A stretch of 20,000 bases of DNA, from IMG/VR virus record IMGVR_UViG_3300035698_026266; one strand, given 5' to 3'. This document shows positions 8,636 through 16,643 of the stretch, piece after piece; positions within the stretch are counted from its first letter, which is position 1; each line of letters starts with the position of its first letter. The translations under genes and the position numbers were made by a program. This stretch comes from an uncultured virus (IMG/VR IMGVR_UViG_3300035698_026266) (taxonomy: Duplodnaviria > Heunggongvirae > Uroviricota > Caudoviricetes). Below the pieces are notes generated by a model, which worked only from the letters and a program-made list of their open reading frames with translations, ran no database searches and was not told the DNA's origin.

Positions 8636-8962
8636 ATGGAAAATAAAAGTTTATGGGAGATATTGGTTCCTGCTAGTGACAACGAAGGAAATGATTTCGC
8701 TCCTTCACATCATCGTAGATGGGACAAACGTGTAGAAAAAATAAGTGGCGGCTTGACTATCCTCCATGCTACTAAAGGGCGATGGCGTTCCCCATCAGGA
8801 GAACAGTTTTTTGATAAGATGATTCCTGTGAGGATTGCATGTACCAAATCTGAAATTGAAAATATTTCTGAAATGACTGCTAAACACTACAGACAAAAAG
8901 TTGTAATGTTTTATTGTTTAAGCGAATTAGTTTGTTTTAGGACTTATGACGAACAGTCTTGA
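8636..8962 (+). CDS. hypothetical protein
   Basis: 108-aa ORF with RBS AGGA; no motif recognised with confidence. Confidence 0.7.
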   Translation: MENKSLWEILVPASDNEGNDFAPSHHRRWDKRVEKISGGLTILHATKGRWRSPSGEQFFDKMIPVRIACTKSEIENISEMTAKHYRQKVVMFYCLSELVCFRTYDEQS

Positions 8963-9080
8963 GTCATGTCAGTATAAACAACCATAAGGCAAGAGAGTGG
9001 TTGTAAAAATGACAGAAGGCCATAACCGGCTTCCTTTCATTGCCTTTTATAATGAGCAATGTCATCCTTGCCTTTTATAG

Positions 9081-9110
9081 TTCCGTAGTTGTTTAAAAGC
9101 AGCTACGGAA
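9081..9110 (+). terminator. hairpin, probable terminator
   Basis: TTCCGTAGTTGTTT-AA-AAGCAGCTACGGAA (two G-U pairs) followed by TTTT. Confidence 0.55.
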
Positions 9111-9118
9111 TTTTCTGT

Positions 9119-9134
9119 TGTACCTTACTGTTTG
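9119..9134 (+). promoter_or_regulatory. putative phage promoter
   Basis: TCTGT TGTACCTTA ctgttt G. Confidence 0.7.
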
Positions 9135-9162
9135 TATTTGCATGTTTATAGAAAGTATCATT

Positions 9163-9933
9163 ATGGAACCCCCAATTAAAGATTTTGTCTCTTACAACGA
9201 AAAAATGAAAAAGACTATTATAGATAAGATTTTTTTCATGGACAAAATTGAAGTAGAAAGAATAGTTGATTTTGGATGTGCAGACGGCGCTTTGATTTCT
9301 TTTTTAGCCAACATGTTTCCAGAAATAGAATATGTAGGATACGATATTGATCCTAAAATGATTGAATTGGCTAATGAAAAATCAAATTTAGATAATGTGT
9401 TATTTACAAGTGATATCAAAGACATTAATTCTAATAAAAAAGAAACTGCATTATTGCTTTCAAGTGTCATCCATGAAGTATATTCGCAAAAAAAATATAT
9501 TAATGGTTTTTGGGAATCTGTTTGGGGATTAGATTTTAAATATGTAGTCATAAGAGATATGATGCATAGCAGGACCATGAATAGACCATCGAATAACATA
9601 CACGTTGCAAGAATTAGACAAGTATATGATCCTGTTAAAATAAATCAATGGGAATCCCAATGGGGAACTCTTGAAGAAAATTGGTCGTTAATTCACTTTT
9701 TACTCACCTTTACCTATGAAGAAAATTGGGATAGAGAATTGAGAGAAAACTATTTGCCAATCAACTTGGAGAGTCTGCTTAATTTGATTCCAAATCACTA
9801 TTATCCTAAATTTTTTGAACACTATACTTTGCCTTATATAAATCAAATATCAGAGGAAAAATTTGGAATACAAATTCCAGATAGAACACATTTAAAACTT
9901 ATTTTAGAAAAAAGAAGCTTTAATGTACGTTAG
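9163..9933 (+). CDS. class I SAM-dependent methyltransferase
   Basis: IVDFGCADG (motif I), VGYDID, SSVIHEV. The track TTG start overlaps the promoter motif, so ATG 9163 (or 9142) is preferred. Confidence 0.75.
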   Translation: MEPPIKDFVSYNEKMKKTIIDKIFFMDKIEVERIVDFGCADGALISFLANMFPEIEYVGYDIDPKMIELANEKSNLDNVLFTSDIKDINSNKKETALLLSSVIHEVYSQKKYINGFWESVWGLDFKYVVIRDMMHSRTMNRPSNNIHVARIRQVYDPVKINQWESQWGTLEENWSLIHFLLTFTYEENWDRELRENYLPINLESLLNLIPNHYYPKFFEHYTLPYINQISEEKFGIQIPDRTHLKLILEKRSFNVR

Positions 9934-9989
9934 GTTTTATGATTGTATTAAATATTTTCGTCTTGAATACGAATTGACTTATTATGTGT

Positions 9990-10005
9990 TGTACCATAGA
10001 ACCAG
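9990..10005 (+). promoter_or_regulatory. putative phage promoter (variant)
   Basis: TGTGT TGTACCATA gaacca G, upstream of ATG 10060. Confidence 0.65.
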
Positions 10006-10059
10006 TTACGAAGGATTCTAAACAGGGTTTTCAACAATTAATCACAGAAAGTTTTTCAA

Positions 10060-10251
10060 ATGAGTGAAACTGTTAAGGACAAATTAGAAAGAAGGGAAAG
10101 ATTCAAATCATATGAAAAAAGTTGCGAAGACTATAAAAAATATTTAAAAGAATGTTATCCGCAAAAAACAACAATCCTAAACATCACTATTGGAGAACTG
10201 TTTGCAATGTTTTTGAAAGCTCTAAAGTTTAATAAAAAGGATAAGACATGA
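10060..10251 (+). CDS. hypothetical protein
   Basis: 63-aa ORF downstream of the promoter motif; ATGA overlap with the next gene. Confidence 0.6.
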   Translation: MSETVKDKLERRERFKSYEKSCEDYKKYLKECYPQKTTILNITIGELFAMFLKALKFNKKDKT

Positions 10252-10853
10252 ATCAGATCAAATTTGAATTGACTAAAGTGGATAGTTTTCTTCCTCTAGA
10301 AAACGAAATGTGGAATGTGGCTTTTGTACTTGAACAGTCTTTGCAATGGATGTTTATTCATGGTGTTTACTCTTGGAGTATACATAAAATAAAAAAAGAA
10401 AATGGATGTTTGTTTTCTGTTTTGGCATTAGTAAAACCGAAAAAAGAAGTGATATTCAGTAAAGCCGCAATAATTAATGATATGGCGGAAAATGGTTATA
10501 TTCCCAAAAATCTACAAGAAGAAGATTTGTGGAAAGAAGTAGTAGACGGTCAATCAAAAGCTACCAGCAAGAGAATTGGTGAAGAAACTATTTTGGGTAT
10601 TCCATTGCTAGATTCAAAGGCATCATTGGGGGATTATGTGTTTGGTTTAGCAGATATCGCTACAGGAATGTTTGCTATGGGTGGGCAGCTTGTAAAGAGC
10701 CAAACAAGTATGTCTTACTCACAGATTGCGGTAGATTGTACGATGAATAAAAATGAACTCAAACAATTTGCCGAAAGCACTTTTAACTATCATCCAAAGA
10801 GAACAATAGGAGAAACGTTATGGGGAGAACGAAAAAATCAAACAACTTGCTGA
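10248..10853 (+). CDS. hypothetical protein
   Basis: 201-aa ORF with RBS AAGGA; 3' end is duplicated downstream. Confidence 0.7.
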   Translation: MNQIKFELTKVDSFLPLENEMWNVAFVLEQSLQWMFIHGVYSWSIHKIKKENGCLFSVLALVKPKKEVIFSKAAIINDMAENGYIPKNLQEEDLWKEVVDGQSKATSKRIGEETILGIPLLDSKASLGDYVFGLADIATGMFAMGGQLVKSQTSMSYSQIAVDCTMNKNELKQFAESTFNYHPKRTIGETLWGERKNQTTC

Positions 10854-10901
10854 AAACGTTTTTACCAATCATCCAAAGAGAAAAACAGGAGAAACGTTAT
10901 G
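10759..10901 (+). repeat. imperfect 64-bp direct repeat (10759-10822 / 10838-10901)
   Basis: Manual alignment gives 9 mismatches in 64; both copies end AGGAGAAACGTTATG; period 79 bp. Confidence 0.85.
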
Positions 10902-10985
10902 ACTGATCGGTTGCAACAACACCAGTCTATCAGTATACTTCATCGGCGTGCTTATTCTTTTTCTCAAATACAGGATTCTAATTAT

Positions 10986-11498
10986 ATGAATAAAATAGAA
11001 AACATTATGGGCGATTTGTTTGACGGTATTGAAAATAAAAGCGATAATGTAATCATAATTCCACATGTTTGCAACGACATTGGCAAGTGGGGATCAGGTT
11101 TTGTTGTGCCTTTGGGTACGAAGTGGCCTATTGCAAAAGAATCTTATTTAGAATGGTCTGATAATGGATACGACTTGCAAAGAGATTTAACTTTTGTATT
11201 AGGTTCTACTCAAGTTGTAAATGTTCAAGAACGTATTTATGTAGCAAATATGGTGGCTCAAGAAGGGATCATAAGCAGAACAAATGAACGCCCTTTGAAA
11301 TATTCTGCTTTAACAATCTGCATGGAAAACATCGCCAGAACGATGCTTTGTGCTTCTAGCGAAGATGAAAAAATAGAAATACATTGTCCTAAATTTGGTT
11401 CTGATAGGGCAGGCGGAGATTGGAAGCATATAGAAAATTTAATCGAAGAAATTTGGTTGCCACTGGCGGAAAAAGTTGTAGTTTATTCTTTCGAGTAA
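10986..11498 (+). CDS. macrodomain protein (ADP-ribose binding/hydrolase, Poa1p/DarG-like)
   Basis: IMGDLF...IIPHVCNDIGKWGSGF...VANMVAQ...IHCPKFGSDRAGGDW...VVVY. Start is either 10986 (MNKIENIMGD) or 10899. Confidence 0.8.
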   Translation: MNKIENIMGDLFDGIENKSDNVIIIPHVCNDIGKWGSGFVVPLGTKWPIAKESYLEWSDNGYDLQRDLTFVLGSTQVVNVQERIYVANMVAQEGIISRTNERPLKYSALTICMENIARTMLCASSEDEKIEIHCPKFGSDRAGGDWKHIENLIEEIWLPLAEKVVVYSFE

Positions 11499-11576
11499 AT
11501 TATAATTTGCTATCTGTATTTGACAGGTAACATGTTACAATAACATATGTGTGTTGTTTTAAATAGGAATGTTTAT

Positions 11577-11771
11577 ATGAATTATTTGTTTGATATTATT
11601 GTTTTCTTAGTTGGTTCAGGGTTCCTTGCAGCAAGTTTATTTGTTCCTGCTGCTGTTGGCGAAAGTGTACCATTAAGAATAATAAGCTTTTTTATTGGTG
11701 TTTTATTCACATTAGTAAGCTTGGGGAGTAGGGTTGATAAAAAATCTTGTACCTTAAAGAGCGAATCGTGA
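11577..11771 (+). CDS. small two-TM membrane protein
   Basis: ATG 11577 with RBS AGGA; two hydrophobic helices. Confidence 0.6.
   Translation: MNYLFDIIVFLVGSGFLAASLFVPAAVGESVPLRIISFFIGVLFTLVSLGSRVDKKSCTLKSES
11748..11763 (+). promoter_or_regulatory. putative phage promoter
   Basis: AAAATCT TGTACCTTA aagagc G within the 3' end of the upstream CDS; GTG at 11768 follows 5 nt later. Confidence 0.65.
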
Positions 11772-11977
11772 AAAACAAAAATTTGGATGGACGAAATTTC
11801 GGTTACATATTTTTTTTAATATGGATTTTTATAATTGTTATTTTATTTCGCATGAAGGGTATAGAGAAAAAACAAAATGATTCTATTCAAAAAATAAAAA
11901 TCATTCTTGAAATGCATGAAAAAGATAAAGGTGAAGAAACTACTGCCATTGACGAATTGCCACAAATTGAAAAATAA
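11768..11977 (+). CDS. small single-TM membrane protein
   Basis: GTG 11768 (GTGA overlap with the previous stop) is in frame with track ORF 11747; TM helix FGYIFFLIWIFIIVILF. Confidence 0.55.
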   Translation: MKNKNLDGRNFGYIFFLIWIFIIVILFRMKGIEKKQNDSIQKIKIILEMHEKDKGEETTAIDELPQIEK

Positions 11978-12031
11978 TGCTTTGTTAGTTAAAGAAATTA
12001 CTGTATTTTTGTTTTTTAAGAAAGATTAAAA

Positions 12032-12430
12032 ATGAAAAAAGAAGATTTTAAAAACGCATCTTCTGAATTGCCAAAAGCAAAAAAGTATCCTAATGTAACT
12101 CCATTATGGGGATGGGTTTATGTTGTAAAATTGGAAGACAAGGAAAAAACACTTGCTGGTATATTCCTTCCTGAAAAATCTAAAATTCCTACCTATAGAG
12201 CAAGGATTTTGAAAGTGGGACCGTGGGTGGAACACATGCAGCCACCAGAAGAAAGCGATGAATTTTCATTGGAAAGCGAAGGCGGTAGTTTGCATGGCGA
12301 AAGTCCCTTTCAAAGAGGCGATGAAGTTATAATTCATTATCGTAGTGATAAGCAATGCGTCGAGATAGATGGCGATGAGAATTTATTGCTTGTTCCTGCT
12401 CAATGCTGCATAGCGAAAGTTGAACTTTAA
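12032..12430 (+). CDS. GroES/Cpn10-like co-chaperonin with acidic insertion
   Basis: VTPLWGWVYV...EKTLAGIFLPEKSK...ARILKVGP...GDEV...IAKVE follows the GroES pattern. Confidence 0.75.
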   Translation: MKKEDFKNASSELPKAKKYPNVTPLWGWVYVVKLEDKEKTLAGIFLPEKSKIPTYRARILKVGPWVEHMQPPEESDEFSLESEGGSLHGESPFQRGDEVIIHYRSDKQCVEIDGDENLLLVPAQCCIAKVEL

Positions 12431-12431
12431 A

Positions 12432-12599
12432 ATGAACGATCTTTACATAGAAAAATATAAAGAAAAAGGTAGAACTGGATTTATAATTTGGTATAAAAAC
12501 AGTCATAAAAAAGAACCAAGCAACGATTTGCTAGATAATTTATCAATTAAATGTGACAAATTGCCTTTTTGGCAAAGAATAGTTGATTTTTTCACTTGA
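12432..12599 (+). CDS. hypothetical 55-aa protein (not in the ORF track)
   Basis: ATG 12432 to TGA 12599 (MNDLYIEKYKEKGRTGFIIWY...WQRIVDFFT) fills the gap between the GroES-like gene and the tRNA. Confidence 0.5.
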   Translation: MNDLYIEKYKEKGRTGFIIWYKNSHKKEPSNDLLDNLSIKCDKLPFWQRIVDFFT

Positions 12600-12612
12600 G
12601 GAACCCTTTACT

Positions 12613-12685
12613 GCTCTCTTAGCTCAGCGGTCAGAGCGGGCGGCTCATAACCGCTTGGTCGCAGGTTCGAATCCTGCAGGGAGCA
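12613..12685 (+). tRNA. tRNA with CAU anticodon, most likely tRNA-Ile2 (lysidine-modified, reads AUA); CCA not encoded
   Basis: Full cloverleaf: GCTCTCT/AGGGAGC acceptor, GCTC/GAGC D arm, GGCGG-CTCATAA-CCGCT anticodon arm, GCAGG-TTCGAAT-CCTGC T arm, A73. C4-G69 and overall similarity to E. coli ileX; no initiator features. Confidence 0.9.
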
Positions 12686-12693
12686 TTTTCTTG

Positions 12694-12721
12694 TTTACAA
12701 ACAACCAAATCGTTTTATAAT
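12694..12721 (+). promoter_or_regulatory. possible host sigma70-type promoter
   Basis: TTTACA-N16-TATAAT upstream of the rIIB-like gene. Confidence 0.35.
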
Positions 12722-12755
12722 AGAGCTTATCAAACACTCGTTGATTAAAATCTGC

Positions 12756-12771
12756 TGTACCTTATCAAATG
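12756..12771 (+). promoter_or_regulatory. putative phage promoter
   Basis: AAAATCTGC TGTACCTTA tcaaat G; RBS GGAG before ATG 12801. Confidence 0.75.
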
Positions 12772-12800
12772 TAACAAACTTTCTTTATGGAGATCACTAA

Positions 12801-13679
12801 ATGCAATTCTTAATTTCAAATTCCGGTGTCATTACGGCCATTGTTGCAGGAAAATCTTATGTCATCGATAAAACTCATGTGAATTATTCTCAATGCCTTG
12901 AAGCTGTAAGGAATAATGACGAGAAATCTTTCGTAAAAGTCAACAATGTTTCGTCAGCCATTGAAAACTACATGGATGATAACGTTAAAATTGTAAAAAA
13001 TAAAATTTATCATAAAGGAAAAGAAATCAACAACAAGGTTTGCGATAGAATTCTATCTCAAATGAAAATGGGGCTTCCATCTAAAAATCTTGTTAATTTT
13101 CTAGGTAGATTGTTGTTAAATCCTTCAATGAAATCAAAAAACGAATTGTTTGGTTTTATTGAAGACCGAAAAATGCCGATTTGTGAAGACGGGTGTTTTG
13201 TTGGATTCAAATCTGTTGAAAGAAGGGTGGATGACAATAACAATGTAACGTATTGGGATTGGTATTCCGGTTTGATTGAAAACACGCCTGAAACTTTAAT
13301 TGAAAGAATTCCTAGAAATGAAGTGGACGACGATTTAGAGAAAGATTGTTCTTTTGGTTATCATGTGGGAAATTACAAATACGCAAGCACTTTTCACGAC
13401 AAAGACAAAAATCAAAGGATTTTAGTTGTCAAGGTTGATCCAGCCGACGTAGTTGCGGCCCCACCTGCTTCCGAAAAATTAAGAACAACCTTTTATGAAA
13501 TTTTGAGAATACACGAAGGGCTTATGCCAGATTTGTATGTTGACAATAAAGCGAATATTTCAAGTTCAATTGCCGATGGCAGGACGAATAGTTCGCCTTT
13601 AGATGAATCTTCGTCACCATTTGATGATGATGATTATGATGACTATGACGATTATGAAGATGAAGATGAAGATGTATAA
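12801..13679 (+). CDS. rIIB: rIIB-like protein
   Basis: LFGFIE..MPICEDGCFVGFKSV, PRNEVDDD...CSFGYHVG, VVKVDPADVV, KLRT..YE: rIIB-family pattern; Asp/Glu-rich tail. Confidence 0.75.
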   Translation: MQFLISNSGVITAIVAGKSYVIDKTHVNYSQCLEAVRNNDEKSFVKVNNVSSAIENYMDDNVKIVKNKIYHKGKEINNKVCDRILSQMKMGLPSKNLVNFLGRLLLNPSMKSKNELFGFIEDRKMPICEDGCFVGFKSVERRVDDNNNVTYWDWYSGLIENTPETLIERIPRNEVDDDLEKDCSFGYHVGNYKYASTFHDKDKNQRILVVKVDPADVVAAPPASEKLRTTFYEILRIHEGLMPDLYVDNKANISSSIADGRTNSSPLDESSSPFDDDDYDDYDDYEDEDEDV

Positions 13680-13703
13680 AGTAAAAACATTTGAACAATC
13701 TCT

Positions 13704-13719
13704 TGTACCCTAATTGACG
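13704..13719 (+). promoter_or_regulatory. putative phage promoter (variant)
   Basis: AATCTCT TGTACCCTA attgac G; RBS AAGGA before ATG 13757. Confidence 0.7.
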
Positions 13720-13756
13720 TAACTTAAATTAATATGGTTTTTAAAGGAATCTTCGA

Positions 13757-16183
13757 ATGAAAATGGATTCATCTAAAGGCGATTTGGAAACTAACATCAA
13801 AAAGGGAAAAAAGTTTTCAATTGCTGACAACCCTCTAGCATTTAAAATTCTTTCATCTGGCATTTATTCTAATAAGATTCAAGCAATTATTAGAGAATTG
13901 TGTACAAATGCCTTTGACAGTCACGTTATGGCGAATAATGCAAAGCCTTTTGTTGTAGGCTTGCCAGATATTTACAAGCCGGTTTTTTACGTTCAAGACT
14001 TTGGCGTTGGTCTTTCACCAGATCAAGTTGAAAACATTTTCACTACTTATTTTGAGTCTAACAAAAGAGACTCGGATGAAGTAGATGGGTGTCTAGGATT
14101 GGGTAGCAAGTCTCCACTGTGCTACACTGACAATTTTAATGTAGAAACAGTTTGGGAAGAAAAGAAATATAACTATCTTGTTTATCTTGATGAAAACAAT
14201 GAACCTTCTATTACGGAACCTGTTGTAAGTCCTGCCGAAGATGGCGAAGTCACAGGTGTCAGAATTTCAATTGCCGTTAAAAACGATGATTTCTTTAGCT
14301 TTAGAGATGTTGCATCTAAAGTTTTGTCTTGGTTTAAAAAAGGCAGTTTCGTAGTTGCTGGAGAAAACGAATTATTTTTGGCAAAAAAAGAATACAAATT
14401 CAAAAGTGAATCATATGGGATTCATGGCAAACATTACGGATATTCAGAAGTTGTTATGGGCAATGTTGCTTATCCTTTTACATGGTCAGAATTTAATGAA
14501 CATATTACTTATGCCCGTATTTTTCCTAAAGACGTTGAAGGGCAAGTAGATGTTGATTTTAATGACGACCAAAGCGTATTGAATTTTTATGATAAAGAAA
14601 AGTCTGGAAAATATTTCAAAATCAAAAAACGATTGCAGGCTATTGTTGAAATGGGGATCACTCTTTGGGTGGATCGTGGACAAGTTTCCATGTCTGTTTC
14701 TCGTGAAAAGCTAGAATATAGTCCGAAAACGATTCGAGTAATCACAAGCTTGATTAGTAGTGTAGCTGCCACGATGGTTGAGGATGTCCAGAAAAAGATT
14801 GATGATTCTTCCAATATTTGGGAAGCACGCAGAATTATTTGGGAATTGTTAAGTTATAAGAATGGTCGTAATCCTTTTTTGCAAATTTTAAACAGTTTTG
14901 ACAAAGAAAGCACACAGTTTGCTTATAAAGGCAAAAACCTTTATGGTGGTGGAATTTCTTTGTGGGTGCCACTTGATCTAAAAAACGAAGAAGAAAAAAA
15001 GGGAATGGTGGAGGAAGATGACGACAGTGGATTTGAAATTGACAACACTGGCTCTCCTGTTGAGAAGTATCATGCAAAATTGTTTTCTGCTTTCCATACA
15101 AAACAGGTTGCAAAATGCACCACAGCGTATTGGAAAGAAGCACGTCGATCTAGTTCACCTAATAAATTTGAAAAAGTCACTCATACGAAGTACATTAGTC
15201 CAGAAGAAAACTCGTATTATTTTATCAAAGATTCCAACCATGCCGTTTACAGTAAAATAAAAAATTGGTCTGAAAGTCTTGAAGACAAAATGCACTCCGT
15301 TTTTTATATTTTATATCCTTTTTCGGATGATCCTGACGATGTGGCTTGTTTTGAAGAATGGATTAAAGACAATGAATTTCCTAATGTCATTAAATTAAGT
15401 GAATTAAAAACGCCTTCAATGGCTAAAGACGGACGTAGAAAGCGTGTCCCATCTAAAGTTTTGGGATGGGCGAATAAGGAAGGCCATAGTGAAAACCAAA
15501 ATCTTTTTTGGGAAGATACCACTGTTGATTTAAACGACGAAAATACATCTGGAGTCTATGTCGAGGTCAAGCATTATTCTTGGAAAATGAAAGATGATAG
15601 TAGTTATTCTTCCCCACACTCATTAAGCACTTTGTTGAAAGCTATGGGCACTCATTTTAATGAGCGTTTGATCGGCGTAAGAAAGACAGCAGTTAAAAAG
15701 TTTGCTAAATCTCCAAACTGGATTAGACTAGACGAATGGATTGACAAAAATTTCAAATACACTGGTCAGGAATTGGAAGATATTGGATATTATGAAGCGT
15801 ATAGAAATCATAGGCATTTGATTTTCGAAGCGGTCCATAAGGATTTTCAAAGCTTTAAAAACTATGAATTCAATGACAATTCGCCATTTAAAGAAATGTT
15901 AAACGTTTTGACGTTTCTGGAGACGGTGAATTCAAACAAATTTAGCTTTTCAAATTATTCATTATTGAATAACTTGAAGCACCATTTGGGAATTACTGTT
16001 CCAAATAAAAGCAAAGAAATTGAAGATAGTATTAAAAAAGCAAATGATTTGCTGGCCAATTATCCACTATTGGTGAACATGTATTCAAGTTACAGTGAAA
16101 AAAGTATCAAAAACATTGTTGAATATGTGCAATTAAAAGACCAAAAGGAAGTACAATCTGAAAAAGAAAAGAATGCAGCCTGA
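13757..16183 (+). CDS. rIIA: rIIA-like protein with N-terminal GHKL/HATPase domain
   Basis: AFKILSSGIYSNKIQAIIRELCTNAFDSH, DFGVGLS, FESNKRDS, GCLGLGSKSP, VVMGNVAYP, SVSREKL. Confidence 0.8.
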   Translation: MKMDSSKGDLETNIKKGKKFSIADNPLAFKILSSGIYSNKIQAIIRELCTNAFDSHVMANNAKPFVVGLPDIYKPVFYVQDFGVGLSPDQVENIFTTYFESNKRDSDEVDGCLGLGSKSPLCYTDNFNVETVWEEKKYNYLVYLDENNEPSITEPVVSPAEDGEVTGVRISIAVKNDDFFSFRDVASKVLSWFKKGSFVVAGENELFLAKKEYKFKSESYGIHGKHYGYSEVVMGNVAYPFTWSEFNEHITYARIFPKDVEGQVDVDFNDDQSVLNFYDKEKSGKYFKIKKRLQAIVEMGITLWVDRGQVSMSVSREKLEYSPKTIRVITSLISSVAATMVEDVQKKIDDSSNIWEARRIIWELLSYKNGRNPFLQILNSFDKESTQFAYKGKNLYGGGISLWVPLDLKNEEEKKGMVEEDDDSGFEIDNTGSPVEKYHAKLFSAFHTKQVAKCTTAYWKEARRSSSPNKFEKVTHTKYISPEENSYYFIKDSNHAVYSKIKNWSESLEDKMHSVFYILYPFSDDPDDVACFEEWIKDNEFPNVIKLSELKTPSMAKDGRRKRVPSKVLGWANKEGHSENQNLFWEDTTVDLNDENTSGVYVEVKHYSWKMKDDSSYSSPHSLSTLLKAMGTHFNERLIGVRKTAVKKFAKSPNWIRLDEWIDKNFKYTGQELEDIGYYEAYRNHRHLIFEAVHKDFQSFKNYEFNDNSPFKEMLNVLTFLETVNSNKFSFSNYSLLNNLKHHLGITVPNKSKEIEDSIKKANDLLANYPLLVNMYSSYSEKSIKNIVEYVQLKDQKEVQSEKEKNAA

Positions 16184-16253
16184 TGATTGTTTTAAATGGA
16201 ACCTAACAATTGATCTCTTTTGCTTATGAAAACAAAAAAAATAAAGGGAAATA

Positions 16254-16613
16254 ATGTTAAAATATTTAACTGGATTTTTCAAAAAAGAGCTTGGTGCAAG
16301 ACAAAAAGAATATATTAAAAAACTTAGAGACGAAAACACACATCAGTGTTTTTATATTAATTCTAAAAACCTAGATCGTGTATGTGCGTTAGGGATGGCA
16401 AACAAGGTTCATAAAGGATATTCAAAAGAAGAATTTTGTTTAGACTTTAGAACTTGTTTGTATTTTGGTTTTAGAAGTATATTTGGAAATACGAAAAAGA
16501 GTGATGGTCTTGATTCTATTGTTGAATTAAACGATTCGCTTAAATTAAATTTTAATGAAATAGCAGACATAATTGAAAAGAATCCAGAGCAATATTTTTG
16601 GACTTCTATTTAA
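16254..16613 (+). CDS. hypothetical protein, paralog of 17457..17957
   Basis: Shares ELGxxQK, CxLG and ND..xFNxxADxxE motifs with 17457..17957. Confidence 0.65.
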   Translation: MLKYLTGFFKKELGARQKEYIKKLRDENTHQCFYINSKNLDRVCALGMANKVHKGYSKEEFCLDFRTCLYFGFRSIFGNTKKSDGLDSIVELNDSLKLNFNEIADIIEKNPEQYFWTSI

Positions 16614-16627
16614 ACAGTATAATGTCT

Positions 16628-16643
16628 TGTACCATAATTGACA
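16628..16643 (+). promoter_or_regulatory. putative phage promoter with start site on the ATG (leaderless mRNA)
   Basis: TGTACCATA attgac ATG: the conserved +1 purine is the A of an in-frame ATG; no RBS visible. Confidence 0.65.

Noticed and set aside
10759..10901. DGR template/variable repeat pair
   Set aside because: Mismatches are not adenine-specific (four are C/T) and there is no reverse transcriptase in the window.
8840..11675. Partial motif matches TGTACCAAA (8840), TGTACGTTA (9924) and TGTACCATT (11666)
   Set aside because: They lie inside CDSs, lack the preceding pyrimidine and do not lead into a credible gene.
12613..12685. Initiator tRNA-fMet assignment
   Set aside because: It has a paired G1-C72 and lacks the three consecutive G-C pairs at the base of the anticodon stem; the sequence resembles Ile2.
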